A stretch of 64,000 nucleotides of DNA from Candidatus Wolfebacteria bacterium GW2011_GWE2_44_13 (lineage in GTDB: Bacteria > Patescibacteriota > Minisyncoccia > UBA6257 > UBA9933): the NCBI GenBank assembly GCA_001000675.1, contig LCHW01000001.1:424875-488874 (forward strand), written 5' to 3'. The translations under genes and the position numbers were made by a program. Positions 1 to 9,462 of this stretch are shown one piece after another. The notes beneath the pieces are model-generated. The model was not told the origin of the DNA, searched no databases, and saw nothing but the letters and a program-made list of their open reading frames with translations. Numbering within the stretch: position 1 is the first letter of the stretch; each line of letters opens with the position of its first letter.

Positions 1-53
1 TCGTTAAGGGCTTTACGCGACGGCTGTTGGATCAGTTCCGTGACTTTACTCAT
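1..53 (-). CDS. 5' end of an unknown protein running off the window (MSKVTELIQQPSRKALN...)
   Basis: ATG at 53 on the minus strand, preceded by TAGGAG SD and TTGACA(123-118)-18 nt-TACAAT(99-94); frame open to the window edge. Confidence 0.6.
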   Translation of the reverse strand, partial: MSKVTELIQQPSRKALN

Positions 54-93
54 GTGGGCGTGCTCCTAGGGAAAGATGATGGTGCTGATGACT

Positions 94-123
94 ATTGTAA
101 TCGTGCTTATTGATAATTGTCAA
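94..123 (-). promoter_or_regulatory. sigma70-type promoter TTGACA-N18-TACAAT
   Basis: Near-consensus hexamers upstream of the SD-led ORF at 53. Confidence 0.6.
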
Positions 124-220
124 CCGCGATAAGGCAGGTATGTGGTGGAAAGGCCGCTTGAAATGGCGTATACTTACTATATTCAAGGAATACCAACCGA
201 GGCTATTTTATTTTGCAATA

Positions 221-1756
221 ATGACAATACTTATTAAAAATATTTTATTGATTGATGGCTCGGGACAGCCGGCTGTGAAGGCCGATGTGCTTGTTAAGAA
301 TGAAAAGATTGCCGCCATCGGATCGTTTCCTCGGTACCAAGCTGATACTATCATCGACGGTATGGGCGCATACCTTGCGCCTGGTTTTATCGATTGCAAT
401 ACAAACTCGGATCGGTATTTAACTATTTTTTCTAACCCAACGCAACAAGACTTCTTGCTACAAGGCATTACCACAATCATAGGCGGACAGGATGGAGTTT
501 CGCTTGCTCCACTTTTATATGGTTCATTGGATTTGCAAAAAATATATACCAATCCGTATAAAATAAATGTGGATTGGCATACGGTTTCTGATTTTTTTGA
601 CGTAGTAAAGCGTCGACCACTCGGAGTTAATTTTGGAACATTTGTTGGTCACTCTACGTTGCGCCATACAATTATCGGCAATGATTTTCGCGACTTAACG
701 CCAAAAGAGCTTGGCGTCTTTCGGTATATGCTTGATGCTGCAATGAAAGATGGCGCGATGGGTGTTTCATTTGATTTGCAATCTCCTGTTGCGGCGCTTA
801 CTCCTGCGAAAGAAATAAAGCTTGCACTCGAAGTTGTGGAAAAGCACAAAGGGATTGCGGCGTTTAAGGTGCGGAGCGGTTCGGATACCACAGTGCATAA
901 AGGGGATACTAATAATCATTTTCTTCCCGCTGTTACTGAAATTATTAACGCGTCTAAAGAAACGGGCGCACGTGTATTGATTACGAACTTTTCTCCTCTT
1001 AATGGATTGGAAGAAGAATATCGCCATGCAATTGAGGTAATCGAAGAAAACGCTGCTGTTGCTGATGTGTACTTCACGATGCATCCGTTTGCTCATTCCA
1101 TCATTCCGATTGTGTCATTTTTGCCTGTGTGGGCTCAACGGGGAGGTATGGACGAAATTTTAAAGGTACTGCAATCTCCTGAGCTTTCAGCAAAAATAAT
1201 CAGTGAGCTGGAGCACTTTTTAGGAGATAGTATTGTTATTCATGATGCTCCTGGACTTGATCATTTAGTAGGGAAGACACTTCGACAATTTGGCGATGAT
1301 TGCGGTACCGCCATGCCAGAAACGTTGCTTATTTTAATGCGTACAACGAAATTGCGTGCAACGCTTGTGTATAACAACATTTCACTGCAGGAATTTAACC
1401 GTGCATTGCTATGTGACCGTTCACTCGTTGCCTCTTCTGGGATGAGTTTTGAGCGTACACGACCACAAGCGCGCTTGCGATTATTCTCTGACACCATCGC
1501 AACGTATTTACAGACAATAGTTACTGATAAAGCAATTTCAATCGAGTCTGCAATACGAAAATTGACTAGTGTTCCTGCACAGCGGTTAGGCATTAAACAG
1601 CGAGGGCTTATTCGGGAAGGATATTTTGCTGATCTTGTGATGATTCGTGATTTAAAAATTGAAACGGTATTTGTGAACGGAACGATTGCGGTTCGTGACG
1701 GGGCGCTTACTGAAACTCCATTAAGTGGAAGAATAGTAAATCATGCGAATGAATAA
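221..1756 (+). CDS. N-acyl-D-amino-acid deacylase-like amidohydrolase, catalytic residues apparently degenerate
   Basis: ILIKNILLIDGSG, LAPGFID, QGITT, RGLIREGYFADLV motifs; likely start MTILIKN at 221 (ORF track starts at 110); HxH replaced by NxN. Confidence 0.8.
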   Translation: MTILIKNILLIDGSGQPAVKADVLVKNEKIAAIGSFPRYQADTIIDGMGAYLAPGFIDCNTNSDRYLTIFSNPTQQDFLLQGITTIIGGQDGVSLAPLLYGSLDLQKIYTNPYKINVDWHTVSDFFDVVKRRPLGVNFGTFVGHSTLRHTIIGNDFRDLTPKELGVFRYMLDAAMKDGAMGVSFDLQSPVAALTPAKEIKLALEVVEKHKGIAAFKVRSGSDTTVHKGDTNNHFLPAVTEIINASKETGARVLITNFSPLNGLEEEYRHAIEVIEENAAVADVYFTMHPFAHSIIPIVSFLPVWAQRGGMDEILKVLQSPELSAKIISELEHFLGDSIVIHDAPGLDHLVGKTLRQFGDDCGTAMPETLLILMRTTKLRATLVYNNISLQEFNRALLCDRSLVASSGMSFERTRPQARLRLFSDTIATYLQTIVTDKAISIESAIRKLTSVPAQRLGIKQRGLIREGYFADLVMIRDLKIETVFVNGTIAVRDGALTETPLSGRIVNHANE

Positions 1757-2867
1757 TTTTCTAAAAAATAATAAGGGAGGACATGCGCCTGATTACGTTT
1801 TTTTGTCTACATTAGGCATATTAGTTGTATTTGGAATCGTAATGCTTTCAAGCGCTTCTTCTGATCTTGGGAAGATAAAATTTGACGATACTTTTTACTA
1901 TCTTAAGCACCAAATATACTATGGACTTCTTCCAGGGATTGTTGGGTTTTTATTTGCCGCATTCTTCCACTATAAAAAATGGCAAACCGCGGCATTATAT
2001 TTATTAGTTGGAAGCGTTATTGCGCTGCTCCTTGTGTTTACCCCACTCGGTATCCATGCGGGTGGTGCAACTCGATGGGTGAGTATCGGGCCTATTTCTT
2101 TACAGCCTGCCGAATTACTTAAGCTGACATTTATTTTGTATATGGCTGCGTGGCTTGGAGGAAAGCGCACAAAACGACAAACGAGTTTTAAAGAAGGATA
2201 TTTACCGTTTATACTTATCTCCGGATTTATCGCATTGCTTATTGTACTACAGCCTGCAACGACAACGGTTGCCGTTATCATGCTTGCAAGTCTAATCGTA
2301 TATTATATGAGTGGTGCGAAGTTTCGTTATATTGCACTCACTGTCCTCCTTGGGTTTGTGGCGCTTGTGGGTTTGATTATCGCAACGCCGTATCGTGCTG
2401 AACGTGTTATGAACTATTTTAACCCTGAGAAAGTTGATGTGCTTGGTAAGGGATATCATCGACAACAGGCGCTTATTGCTATTGGATCAGGGGGTCCTGC
2501 GGGGGTTGGGTATGGGCAATCTACGACGAAATATAAATTCTTGCCTGAGCCAATTGGCGACTCGATATTTGCGGTTATCGCAGAAGAGTTGGGGTTTGCT
2601 GGGTCTATATTTGTCCTTGCACTCTTCACCTTGCTCTTTACGCGTGGACTTATGATTGCAAATAAGTGTAAGGATAAATTTGGACAGTTGGCTGTGATTG
2701 GTATTATCTCCGTACTTGCTATTCAAACGTTTGTGAATATTGGAGCCATATCGGGTGTGCTGCCCCTTACGGGTGTTCCGCTGCCCTTTATCAGCTATGG
2801 TGGAACTGCACTTGCGATTTTCTTGACGATGATGGGAGTTGTAACGAATATATCTAAACATACGTAA
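1743..2867 (+). CDS. ftsW: Cell division protein FtsW (SEDS family)
   Basis: GATRW, QPAELLK, IFAVIAEELG, LPLTGVPLPFISYGG motifs; upstream of murG. Confidence 0.93.
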   Translation: MRMNNFLKNNKGGHAPDYVFLSTLGILVVFGIVMLSSASSDLGKIKFDDTFYYLKHQIYYGLLPGIVGFLFAAFFHYKKWQTAALYLLVGSVIALLLVFTPLGIHAGGATRWVSIGPISLQPAELLKLTFILYMAAWLGGKRTKRQTSFKEGYLPFILISGFIALLIVLQPATTTVAVIMLASLIVYYMSGAKFRYIALTVLLGFVALVGLIIATPYRAERVMNYFNPEKVDVLGKGYHRQQALIAIGSGGPAGVGYGQSTTKYKFLPEPIGDSIFAVIAEELGFAGSIFVLALFTLLFTRGLMIANKCKDKFGQLAVIGIISVLAIQTFVNIGAISGVLPLTGVPLPFISYGGTALAIFLTMMGVVTNISKHT

Positions 2868-2900
2868 TCACATAACTAATAATCGATCACTGTACTATCT

Positions 2901-4073
2901 ATGAGAATTCTATTTACCGGTGGAGTAACAGGGGGGCATATTTATCCACTCGTCTCAGTGGCTGAAAAAATTTTAAAGGCGGGTAATGCAGACGCCGGTT
3001 TTGCCGACCTTTATTATGTAGGGGTTCCAGGTGTTTACCAGCAACTACTGGAGTCAAAAGGAATAATCGTTTCTCGTATTGCATCGGCTAAGCTTCGTCG
3101 CGGTGATGTGTTGCGTAATCTTATCGATTTGCCGGTATTTTTTATCAGCGTATTACAAGCGCTGTGGCAAGTGTTTTGGATTATGCCCGACGTACTCTTT
3201 TCAAAAGGAGGTCCGGGTGCGCTCCCTGTTGTATTGGCTTGTGCATTTTATCGCATTCCGATTATTATTCACGAATCAGATTCGGTTGCGGGGCTTACGA
3301 GCGCTGCTTCTGCACGATTCGCGAAACGGATTGGCATTGCCTATGTAGCTGCAAAAGAGTCTTTTATTCCGCGTAATGCAAGTGAACGTAAGCGATCGAT
3401 GATAGAGCAAAAGATAGCACTTATTGGAAATCCAATTCGAGAGTTCTTTTTTGCTAATACCGAAGTAGATAAAGAAGGGGCAAAACGACTTTTTGATTTC
3501 GATCCCGCAAAGCCACTCATTCTTATTATGGGCGGATCTCAGGGCGCAGTGCGCATCAATGAATTTATACTATCGGTTGCAGAGGACTTGCTAAGTCAAA
3601 ATATGCAAATCTTGCATCAAGTAGGGACGAATAATTTTACTGCTGCAGAAGCGGAAATGCGCGTGATTACACAAAAATATTCCGATGCACTCCGACGTTC
3701 CTATCGCATGGTTCCGTATTTTGAACAAGACCTTAGGGAAGCGTATCTTGCTGCGGATCTTGTTATTTCACGAGCGGGGAGTGGTTCGATATTTGAAATC
3801 GCGGCTATGGGATGCCCTGCCATTCTTATTCCACTACCCGAATCTATTTCGCGCGATCAGGTAAAAAATGCCTTTGAATATGCCGCAACAGGGGCTGCGA
3901 TCACGTTGGAAGAGTCTAATCTCACGAAGCATATATTCTTCAATCAACTCGAACGACTTACGGCAAATCCTGAAACGTTTGCCTCTATGGCAGCTGCGGC
4001 AAAAGCGTTTGCTCGTCCAGATGCCGCTGAAACATTAGCATCAGAAATTATACGACTAGGAAGTAGACAATGA
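2901..4073 (+). CDS. murG: Lipid II GlcNAc transferase MurG
   Basis: TGGVTGGHIYP, GNPIR, GGSQGA, ISRAGSGS motifs. Confidence 0.95.
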   Translation: MRILFTGGVTGGHIYPLVSVAEKILKAGNADAGFADLYYVGVPGVYQQLLESKGIIVSRIASAKLRRGDVLRNLIDLPVFFISVLQALWQVFWIMPDVLFSKGGPGALPVVLACAFYRIPIIIHESDSVAGLTSAASARFAKRIGIAYVAAKESFIPRNASERKRSMIEQKIALIGNPIREFFFANTEVDKEGAKRLFDFDPAKPLILIMGGSQGAVRINEFILSVAEDLLSQNMQILHQVGTNNFTAAEAEMRVITQKYSDALRRSYRMVPYFEQDLREAYLAADLVISRAGSGSIFEIAAMGCPAILIPLPESISRDQVKNAFEYAATGAAITLEESNLTKHIFFNQLERLTANPETFASMAAAAKAFARPDAAETLASEIIRLGSRQ

Positions 4074-5944
4074 GCACATATATTCGATTTATAATTATAG
4101 GGTTGGTCACACTTTTTACGATACCTTCTACTGCGGGGGCATTTGAAGTACCCTATCAAAAAATATTTCAACAACGAGGGTCTATTATGGCTGTTGAAGT
4201 GTATGGAAAAACAGAGCCACTATCGATTCAGTGCGATCTCGATGCATGGACCTGTGCAAGCCATGGAACAACAACAATAAATCTTTTTCCTGAATTTATC
4301 GAGAAGCAAGTTATTCTTTCTAAAGATCAGTCACTCGCACTTGTTTCTGAAGGATATGGAGTTACACAACAATACGATTTATATACTCTTGGAGTAGGTG
4401 TAGCTACTAAAATAAAGACACTCGATTTTAGTGGAGAAACGAAGAAAGCGTTATTTAGCGATGATAATACAAAAATTCTATTTGCGACTACGCGCGGGGA
4501 ATTTATTGTTTTTGATATCGCAACAAATATAGGGATAAAAAGCATTCCCATTGTTGGGGGTGCCTCGTTTATTCGCTTCTCGCCTCATGGTAATTACATT
4601 GCTTATTATGCACCAAGTACGCTAAGCGGAATGGACCGAACATATACATTAGTAGACGTTGCTCAGGGCCATACCTATACATGGAAAGAAAAAAATGATT
4701 ATTGGGACTTGCTGAGCGAGGAAGAACAAGTATTCGACTTTTCGCCCGATGAGCGATACTTTTTGTATCTGAGTGATCGAGATGGAACGCAAACGATATA
4801 CACAACGCGTCTTTGGCTACTGGACGGAATTAATAATGGACGGCTAGGAAAGCGTACATTTACGGGGAATTTTACGGTAAATAATCTTCTCTTCGGTAAT
4901 GATGGATTATTATATGCTACTACGAATAGATCTAATCCATTAATTTGGTCGCTTGATTCGTATGATTTTGCAACACAAGTCTTGAAAGAAGTTGCAAGTG
5001 ATGTGCTGTACTATCCACCTCCGCAGCGAAGTGGAAATCACATTGTATTTGTGCGTTCAAAAAATGAATTACCCGCATTACACACGTTTAATACAAAGAC
5101 GCGCGTCGTTACTCCATTACCGACTGCTGTGGATGAAACGTTCTTGCTTGCGGTAGGTAAGATAAAGAATTTTTCTGGCACCTATGGAGTGCTATACACC
5201 CCAGACGATTATGATGCGAAAAAAACATACCCCATGATCGTATGGTTGCATGGTGGTCCTCATCGGCAAACATCGCCTTCGTTCCATTCGTATCATAGCT
5301 ACGGTATCTACGACGTGCTCTTAGAGAATCTTCGCAAGAATGGATTTATCGTATTAAAACTCGACTATCGCGGAAGCTATGGATATGGGAAAAAATTCGC
5401 AACAGAATTAAAAGGAAATGTCGGCAAGCTTGACGTGAAGGATGTTATAACTGCCACAACAGTACTTAAAAAAGAAATGGCTATCGGAGAGGTATATCCG
5501 ATGGGAACGAGCTATGGAGGATACTTGGCACTGCGTGCATTAGCGGATAAGCCGGCATTGTTTGCGGGAGCCATTTCTGTTAACGGGGTAACTGATTGGT
5601 GGACACTTATTAAGAACGATCCAGATTCCATTTTCAAAGTACATTTTAACGGAGCACCGTCTTCTAAAAATAAGATTTTGTATGATCAGGCCTCGATCTT
5701 TTTACGGTTGAATAACTTAAAAGGAAAGAAGATTGTTTTAGTGAATGGGGAGGATGATGCGACCATTCCCGCTCAGCAGACGACAATGCTCTTTGATGCG
5801 CTTGCAAAGAAAAACATCGGAGCAACCGTTATTTCATATGAAAAAGAAGGGCACATTCTAAGTGATAGCGCGAATTTGGATGATCTGTGTTCTCGGGTTA
5901 TGCAACTCCCGGAGGGGTATGGGGGAAAGACCTGTGTGCAGTAA
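4070..5944 (+). CDS. Secreted S9 family (prolyl oligopeptidase-like) serine peptidase
   Basis: Signal peptide, propeller-like region, LHGGP, DYRGSYGYG, GTSYGG nucleophile, C-terminal Asp and EGH. Confidence 0.88.
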   Translation: MSTYIRFIIIGLVTLFTIPSTAGAFEVPYQKIFQQRGSIMAVEVYGKTEPLSIQCDLDAWTCASHGTTTINLFPEFIEKQVILSKDQSLALVSEGYGVTQQYDLYTLGVGVATKIKTLDFSGETKKALFSDDNTKILFATTRGEFIVFDIATNIGIKSIPIVGGASFIRFSPHGNYIAYYAPSTLSGMDRTYTLVDVAQGHTYTWKEKNDYWDLLSEEEQVFDFSPDERYFLYLSDRDGTQTIYTTRLWLLDGINNGRLGKRTFTGNFTVNNLLFGNDGLLYATTNRSNPLIWSLDSYDFATQVLKEVASDVLYYPPPQRSGNHIVFVRSKNELPALHTFNTKTRVVTPLPTAVDETFLLAVGKIKNFSGTYGVLYTPDDYDAKKTYPMIVWLHGGPHRQTSPSFHSYHSYGIYDVLLENLRKNGFIVLKLDYRGSYGYGKKFATELKGNVGKLDVKDVITATTVLKKEMAIGEVYPMGTSYGGYLALRALADKPALFAGAISVNGVTDWWTLIKNDPDSIFKVHFNGAPSSKNKILYDQASIFLRLNNLKGKKIVLVNGEDDATIPAQQTTMLFDALAKKNIGATVISYEKEGHILSDSANLDDLCSRVMQLPEGYGGKTCVQ

Positions 5945-5951
5945 TACTATC

Positions 5952-5978
5952 AAAATCCACCTGTGAGGGTGGATTTTT
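5952..5978 (+). terminator. Intrinsic terminator
   Basis: aaaatccacc-tgtgag-ggtggattttt stem-loop after the S9 peptidase stop. Confidence 0.7.
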
Positions 5979-6010
5979 GGGGTAAAATGTGGTAGGATAA
6001 TAGTACTTTT

Positions 6011-7456
6011 ATGAGCATACCTGAACCTATTCGGGTGCGTATTGCGCCGTCTCCGACTGGATTACTTCATTTCGGAACAGCCCGTACCGCCCTTTTTAAT
6101 TGGCTTTTTGCCCGTCATGCAGGAGGAACCTTTATCCTTCGCATTGAAGATACGGATACAGAACGTTCAACAAAGGCATTTGAAGAAGATATTGTCACCG
6201 GATTACGATGGCTTGGTTTTGATTGGGATGAAGGTCCTGATGTCGGTGGTCCGTATGGTCCGTATCGACAATCAGAGCGACTTCCGTTTTATCAAAAATA
6301 TCTCCAGCAATTGCTCGATGAGGATAAGGCATATCATTGTTTTTGCACAAAAGAACAGTTGGATACAGATAAACAAGAAATGCAACAGCGTGGCGAAACC
6401 CCGGTGTATTCTGGACGATGCAGTGCGCTTTCTAAAGAAGATCAGGCGAAGCATATTGCAAATGGCGACGCTTCTGTTATTCGATTACGCGTTCCTACTG
6501 AGGGTGCTATCGAATTTCATGACATTATTCGCGATACCGTTTCTGTGCAAGCTACATTGATTGGCGATATTATTATTGCGCGCAGTATTGACTTACCTTT
6601 GTTTGCGCTTGCGGGTGTTGTTGATGATTACGAAATGAAAATCTCTCATGTTATTCGTGGTGAAGATCATATTTCAAACACGCCGAAACAAATCGCAATT
6701 GCGAGAGCACTTGGTTTTCCTATCCCGGAATATGCGCACCTTCCGCTTATTCTTGCACCTGACCGCAGTAAGCTTTCTAAGCGATACATTGAAACGTCGT
6801 TGAATGATTTTAAAACACAAGGATATCTTCCTAATGCACTTGTTAACTTCATGGCGTTTATTGGATGGCACCCAAAGGATGATACCGAGGTTATGTTGCC
6901 TGATGATTTAATTCGCGATTTTGATATGGAACGCGTGCAAAAAGGCGGAGGTATTTTTAACTTGGAAAAATTAGAATGGCTTAACGCGCAGCATATTAAA
7001 CGGCTTTCGATTGATGCACTTGTTGATGCTATCACGCCGTTTATTCCTACTGCGTGGACCACGCAGTCGCAAGTATTGCGACGCGCAGTCGAGGCCGAAC
7101 AAGATCGCCTTAAGCGACTAACTGAGTTTGCAGAATCAGCCGAGTTCTTCTTTGCGATTGCGGCGTATGAACCAACACTTCTTGCTTGGAAAGATGCTGC
7201 CGCAGAAGTTACCAAGGCACATCTACAATCTGTTCTGCAATTACTGGAGCCGATTGACGGGGCACAATTCACAAAAGAAGGCCTTGAAAGCGTACTTATG
7301 CCGTTGGCTGATACAAAGGGCAGGGGAGACGTTTTGTGGCCTCTACGGGTCGCTTTAAGCGGTAAAAAGGCATCTCCTGGGCCATTTGAAATCATGCCGG
7401 CGCTCGGAAAAGATGAAACGCTCCGCAGAATTCAGATGGGAATTGATAAATTATAA
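6011..7456 (+). CDS. gltX: Glutamate--tRNA ligase
   Basis: RIAPSPTG.LHFG, RIEDTD, HVIRGEDH, KLSKR motifs. Confidence 0.97.
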   Translation: MSIPEPIRVRIAPSPTGLLHFGTARTALFNWLFARHAGGTFILRIEDTDTERSTKAFEEDIVTGLRWLGFDWDEGPDVGGPYGPYRQSERLPFYQKYLQQLLDEDKAYHCFCTKEQLDTDKQEMQQRGETPVYSGRCSALSKEDQAKHIANGDASVIRLRVPTEGAIEFHDIIRDTVSVQATLIGDIIIARSIDLPLFALAGVVDDYEMKISHVIRGEDHISNTPKQIAIARALGFPIPEYAHLPLILAPDRSKLSKRYIETSLNDFKTQGYLPNALVNFMAFIGWHPKDDTEVMLPDDLIRDFDMERVQKGGGIFNLEKLEWLNAQHIKRLSIDALVDAITPFIPTAWTTQSQVLRRAVEAEQDRLKRLTEFAESAEFFFAIAAYEPTLLAWKDAAAEVTKAHLQSVLQLLEPIDGAQFTKEGLESVLMPLADTKGRGDVLWPLRVALSGKKASPGPFEIMPALGKDETLRRIQMGIDKL

Positions 7457-7491
7457 TACAAACCGAATTTGTATTTTTGTAAAGTATTTTT

Positions 7492-8751
7492 ATGAATATT
7501 GTAACAAAAAAGGGGATAGTTACTCTTGCAATTACTGCGATGGCCGCGGGGTCTTTTGGTGTTGCTTTTGCTCAAACACCAACTGAGCTTAAAGAAGCAA
7601 TCGAGAAAAAACGACAAGAAGAACAAGCGCTTGGTACGCAAATTAAAGCGGTGCAAGAAAAACTTGAAGTTACTGCCGGTGAAAAACAAACTCTGCAACG
7701 CGAATTAAATCAAATTAGTGGAACGGTTAAGCAACTTGATCTGGGTATTAAGCAAAGTGTTATTGTTGCTGAAAAGCTTGGCTATGAAATAAAAGATACA
7801 CAATATACCATTGAAGAATCTGAGGAGCGTATTTTGGAACGCAAAAAAGAAATTAGTGAAATGCTTCGACAGGTACAACGCAAGGACACATCATCAGGAC
7901 CCCTCATGTCTATCTTGAGCGGAAAAAAGTTGACGGACACCCTTACAGAGATTCAGGCGTTGCTTGATTTTCAAGATAAGTTTTCGCAAGATATTCGTGA
8001 GTTGCAAGATTATACTATTGAGCTCGGTGGACATTTAAAAACTGCCGAAGAGAAAAAACGCTTAAAAGAAATAGAAGGCGAAAATTATAAAAATAAGAAA
8101 GTTATTTTAAGTGAAACGGAACGCTATCAGCAACAGCTTCTTGCACAGACAAAAAATAAAGAACAGCTGTACCAGAATTCACTTGCAGAACTGAAGAAGC
8201 AGCAAGATAAGATTGACCTTGAAATTGCGCGATTAGAAGAAGAAGCGCGTAAGAGTATTAACTTTGGCGCATTGCCAAAAGTTGATACCAGTCCGTTAAT
8301 GATGCCGGCGCAAGGAAAACTTACGCAAGGGTATGGATCAACACCGTTTGCACTGCGTAATTACGCAAGTAAACGGCATAATGGTATCGATATTGCCGCA
8401 CCCGTGGGTACACCGATTTACGCAGCTGCCGATGGGCGAGTCGTAGGAGTTGCTGATCAAGACTTGTATTGTCGAAAAGGTGCATACGGTAAGTTCGTCG
8501 CCATTACGCATTACAATGGTTTAACTACCCTGTACGCGCATCTTTCGTTATGGAAGGTTCGTGAAGGGCAAGAAGTCAAAAAAGGAGATGTTATTGGCTA
8601 CATGGGCAATACCGGATTTTCTACGGGATCGCATTTACACTTTACGGTGTATGCAACACCGACGTTTAAGATTGCGCCAGCCGCAAAGACGTGTGGTCCG
8701 AAGATGCCGTTTGGAGGAGACCTCAATCCGTTCGACTACCTCGCTAAGTAA
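7492..8751 (+). CDS. Coiled-coil M23 family peptidoglycan endopeptidase (EnvC/MepM-like)
   Basis: Signal peptide, long coiled coil, HNGIDI, LYAHL, STGSHLHF. Confidence 0.9.
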   Translation: MNIVTKKGIVTLAITAMAAGSFGVAFAQTPTELKEAIEKKRQEEQALGTQIKAVQEKLEVTAGEKQTLQRELNQISGTVKQLDLGIKQSVIVAEKLGYEIKDTQYTIEESEERILERKKEISEMLRQVQRKDTSSGPLMSILSGKKLTDTLTEIQALLDFQDKFSQDIRELQDYTIELGGHLKTAEEKKRLKEIEGENYKNKKVILSETERYQQQLLAQTKNKEQLYQNSLAELKKQQDKIDLEIARLEEEARKSINFGALPKVDTSPLMMPAQGKLTQGYGSTPFALRNYASKRHNGIDIAAPVGTPIYAAADGRVVGVADQDLYCRKGAYGKFVAITHYNGLTTLYAHLSLWKVREGQEVKKGDVIGYMGNTGFSTGSHLHFTVYATPTFKIAPAAKTCGPKMPFGGDLNPFDYLAK

Positions 8752-8873
8752 AAACTTTGTTATTGGCGAGCTACTACGTTACGGGCCCCAATTAACTTGG
8801 TCGATGTACAACTCAGCACATCTTCCGCGTTAATTTTCCCGTGCCTTGCATCTCATCCAATAACAAAGTTTTT
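8750..8873. repeat. Structured intergenic element family A, copy 1
   Basis: Perfect 17-bp terminal inverted repeat aaaaactttgttattgg/ccaataacaaagttttt enclosing a ~90-nt core homologous to 17591-17703. Confidence 0.7.
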
Positions 8874-8895
8874 TCACCACAGTAATAGGAAAAAG

Positions 8896-8926
8896 ATTCG
8901 CTACAGGGCTCTGTAGCGAATTTTTT
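8896..8926 (+). terminator. Intrinsic terminator
   Basis: attcgctacag-ggct-ctgtagcgaat followed by T run. Confidence 0.7.
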
Positions 8927-8965
8927 CTGTACGGCGGGGTAGTTATAGTGGTATAATGACGCCAT

Positions 8966-9136
8966 ATGACAGAACTTCTTAATCAGATCATCGATATTGC
9001 AAAAAGCATCGCTCATGTATTCGATGCAAGCATTTGGCCGCCGCTCGTAACAATAGTTAAGAGTATTGGCCACTTGTTCGTTAAAATCCTAGAGTTAAGT
9101 ATTATGGTGGTACAATGGCTTTTGGATAAATTTTAA
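8966..9136 (+). CDS. Small hydrophobic/amphipathic protein, 56 aa (MTELLNQIIDIAKSIAHVFDASIWPPLVTIVKSIGHLFVKILELSIMVVQWLLDKF)
   Basis: Hand-translated; extended -10 TGGTATAAT ends 8 nt before the ATG (leaderless-type start). Confidence 0.65.
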   Translation: MTELLNQIIDIAKSIAHVFDASIWPPLVTIVKSIGHLFVKILELSIMVVQWLLDKF

Positions 9137-9249
9137 TTCGTTGTACGTTGTTTTTACACGTGCTATATGGTTTACTAATATTAGTACATCGATTTAATAT
9201 AAAGAAATGATTATCTCGACGAGATAATCAAGAAAGGAGAGTATTTTGT

Positions 9250-9378
9250 ATGGATAAAAAGCCGTACATCCCCCCGAAGATCGAAAAGGTTGAAAAAATG
9301 CAATTCCCAATCGAGATCATCCACGGCGGGAAGAAGATCATCTGCCGTCAATGCTCATCGTGCCATGGATGCAGGTAA
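9250..9378 (+). CDS. 42-aa Cys-rich peptide, candidate RiPP precursor (MDKKPYIPPKIEKVEKMQFPIEIIHGGKKIICRQCSSCHGCR)
   Basis: Hand-translated; AAAGGAG SD upstream, terminator at 9403-9431; YxxPxI leader-like motif, GG, CxxCxxCxxC tail. Confidence 0.75.
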   Translation: MDKKPYIPPKIEKVEKMQFPIEIIHGGKKIICRQCSSCHGCR

Positions 9379-9402
9379 AAACACCTCACGGTTTGTTTTC
9401 GT

Positions 9403-9431
9403 AAATGCCCCGCTGCTTGGGGCATTTTTTT
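9403..9431 (+). terminator. Intrinsic terminator of the peptide gene
   Basis: aaatgcccc-gctgctt-ggggcattttttt. Confidence 0.75.
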
Positions 9432-9462
9432 AGCACGCATGCTTGTGATATAATTTATTATT

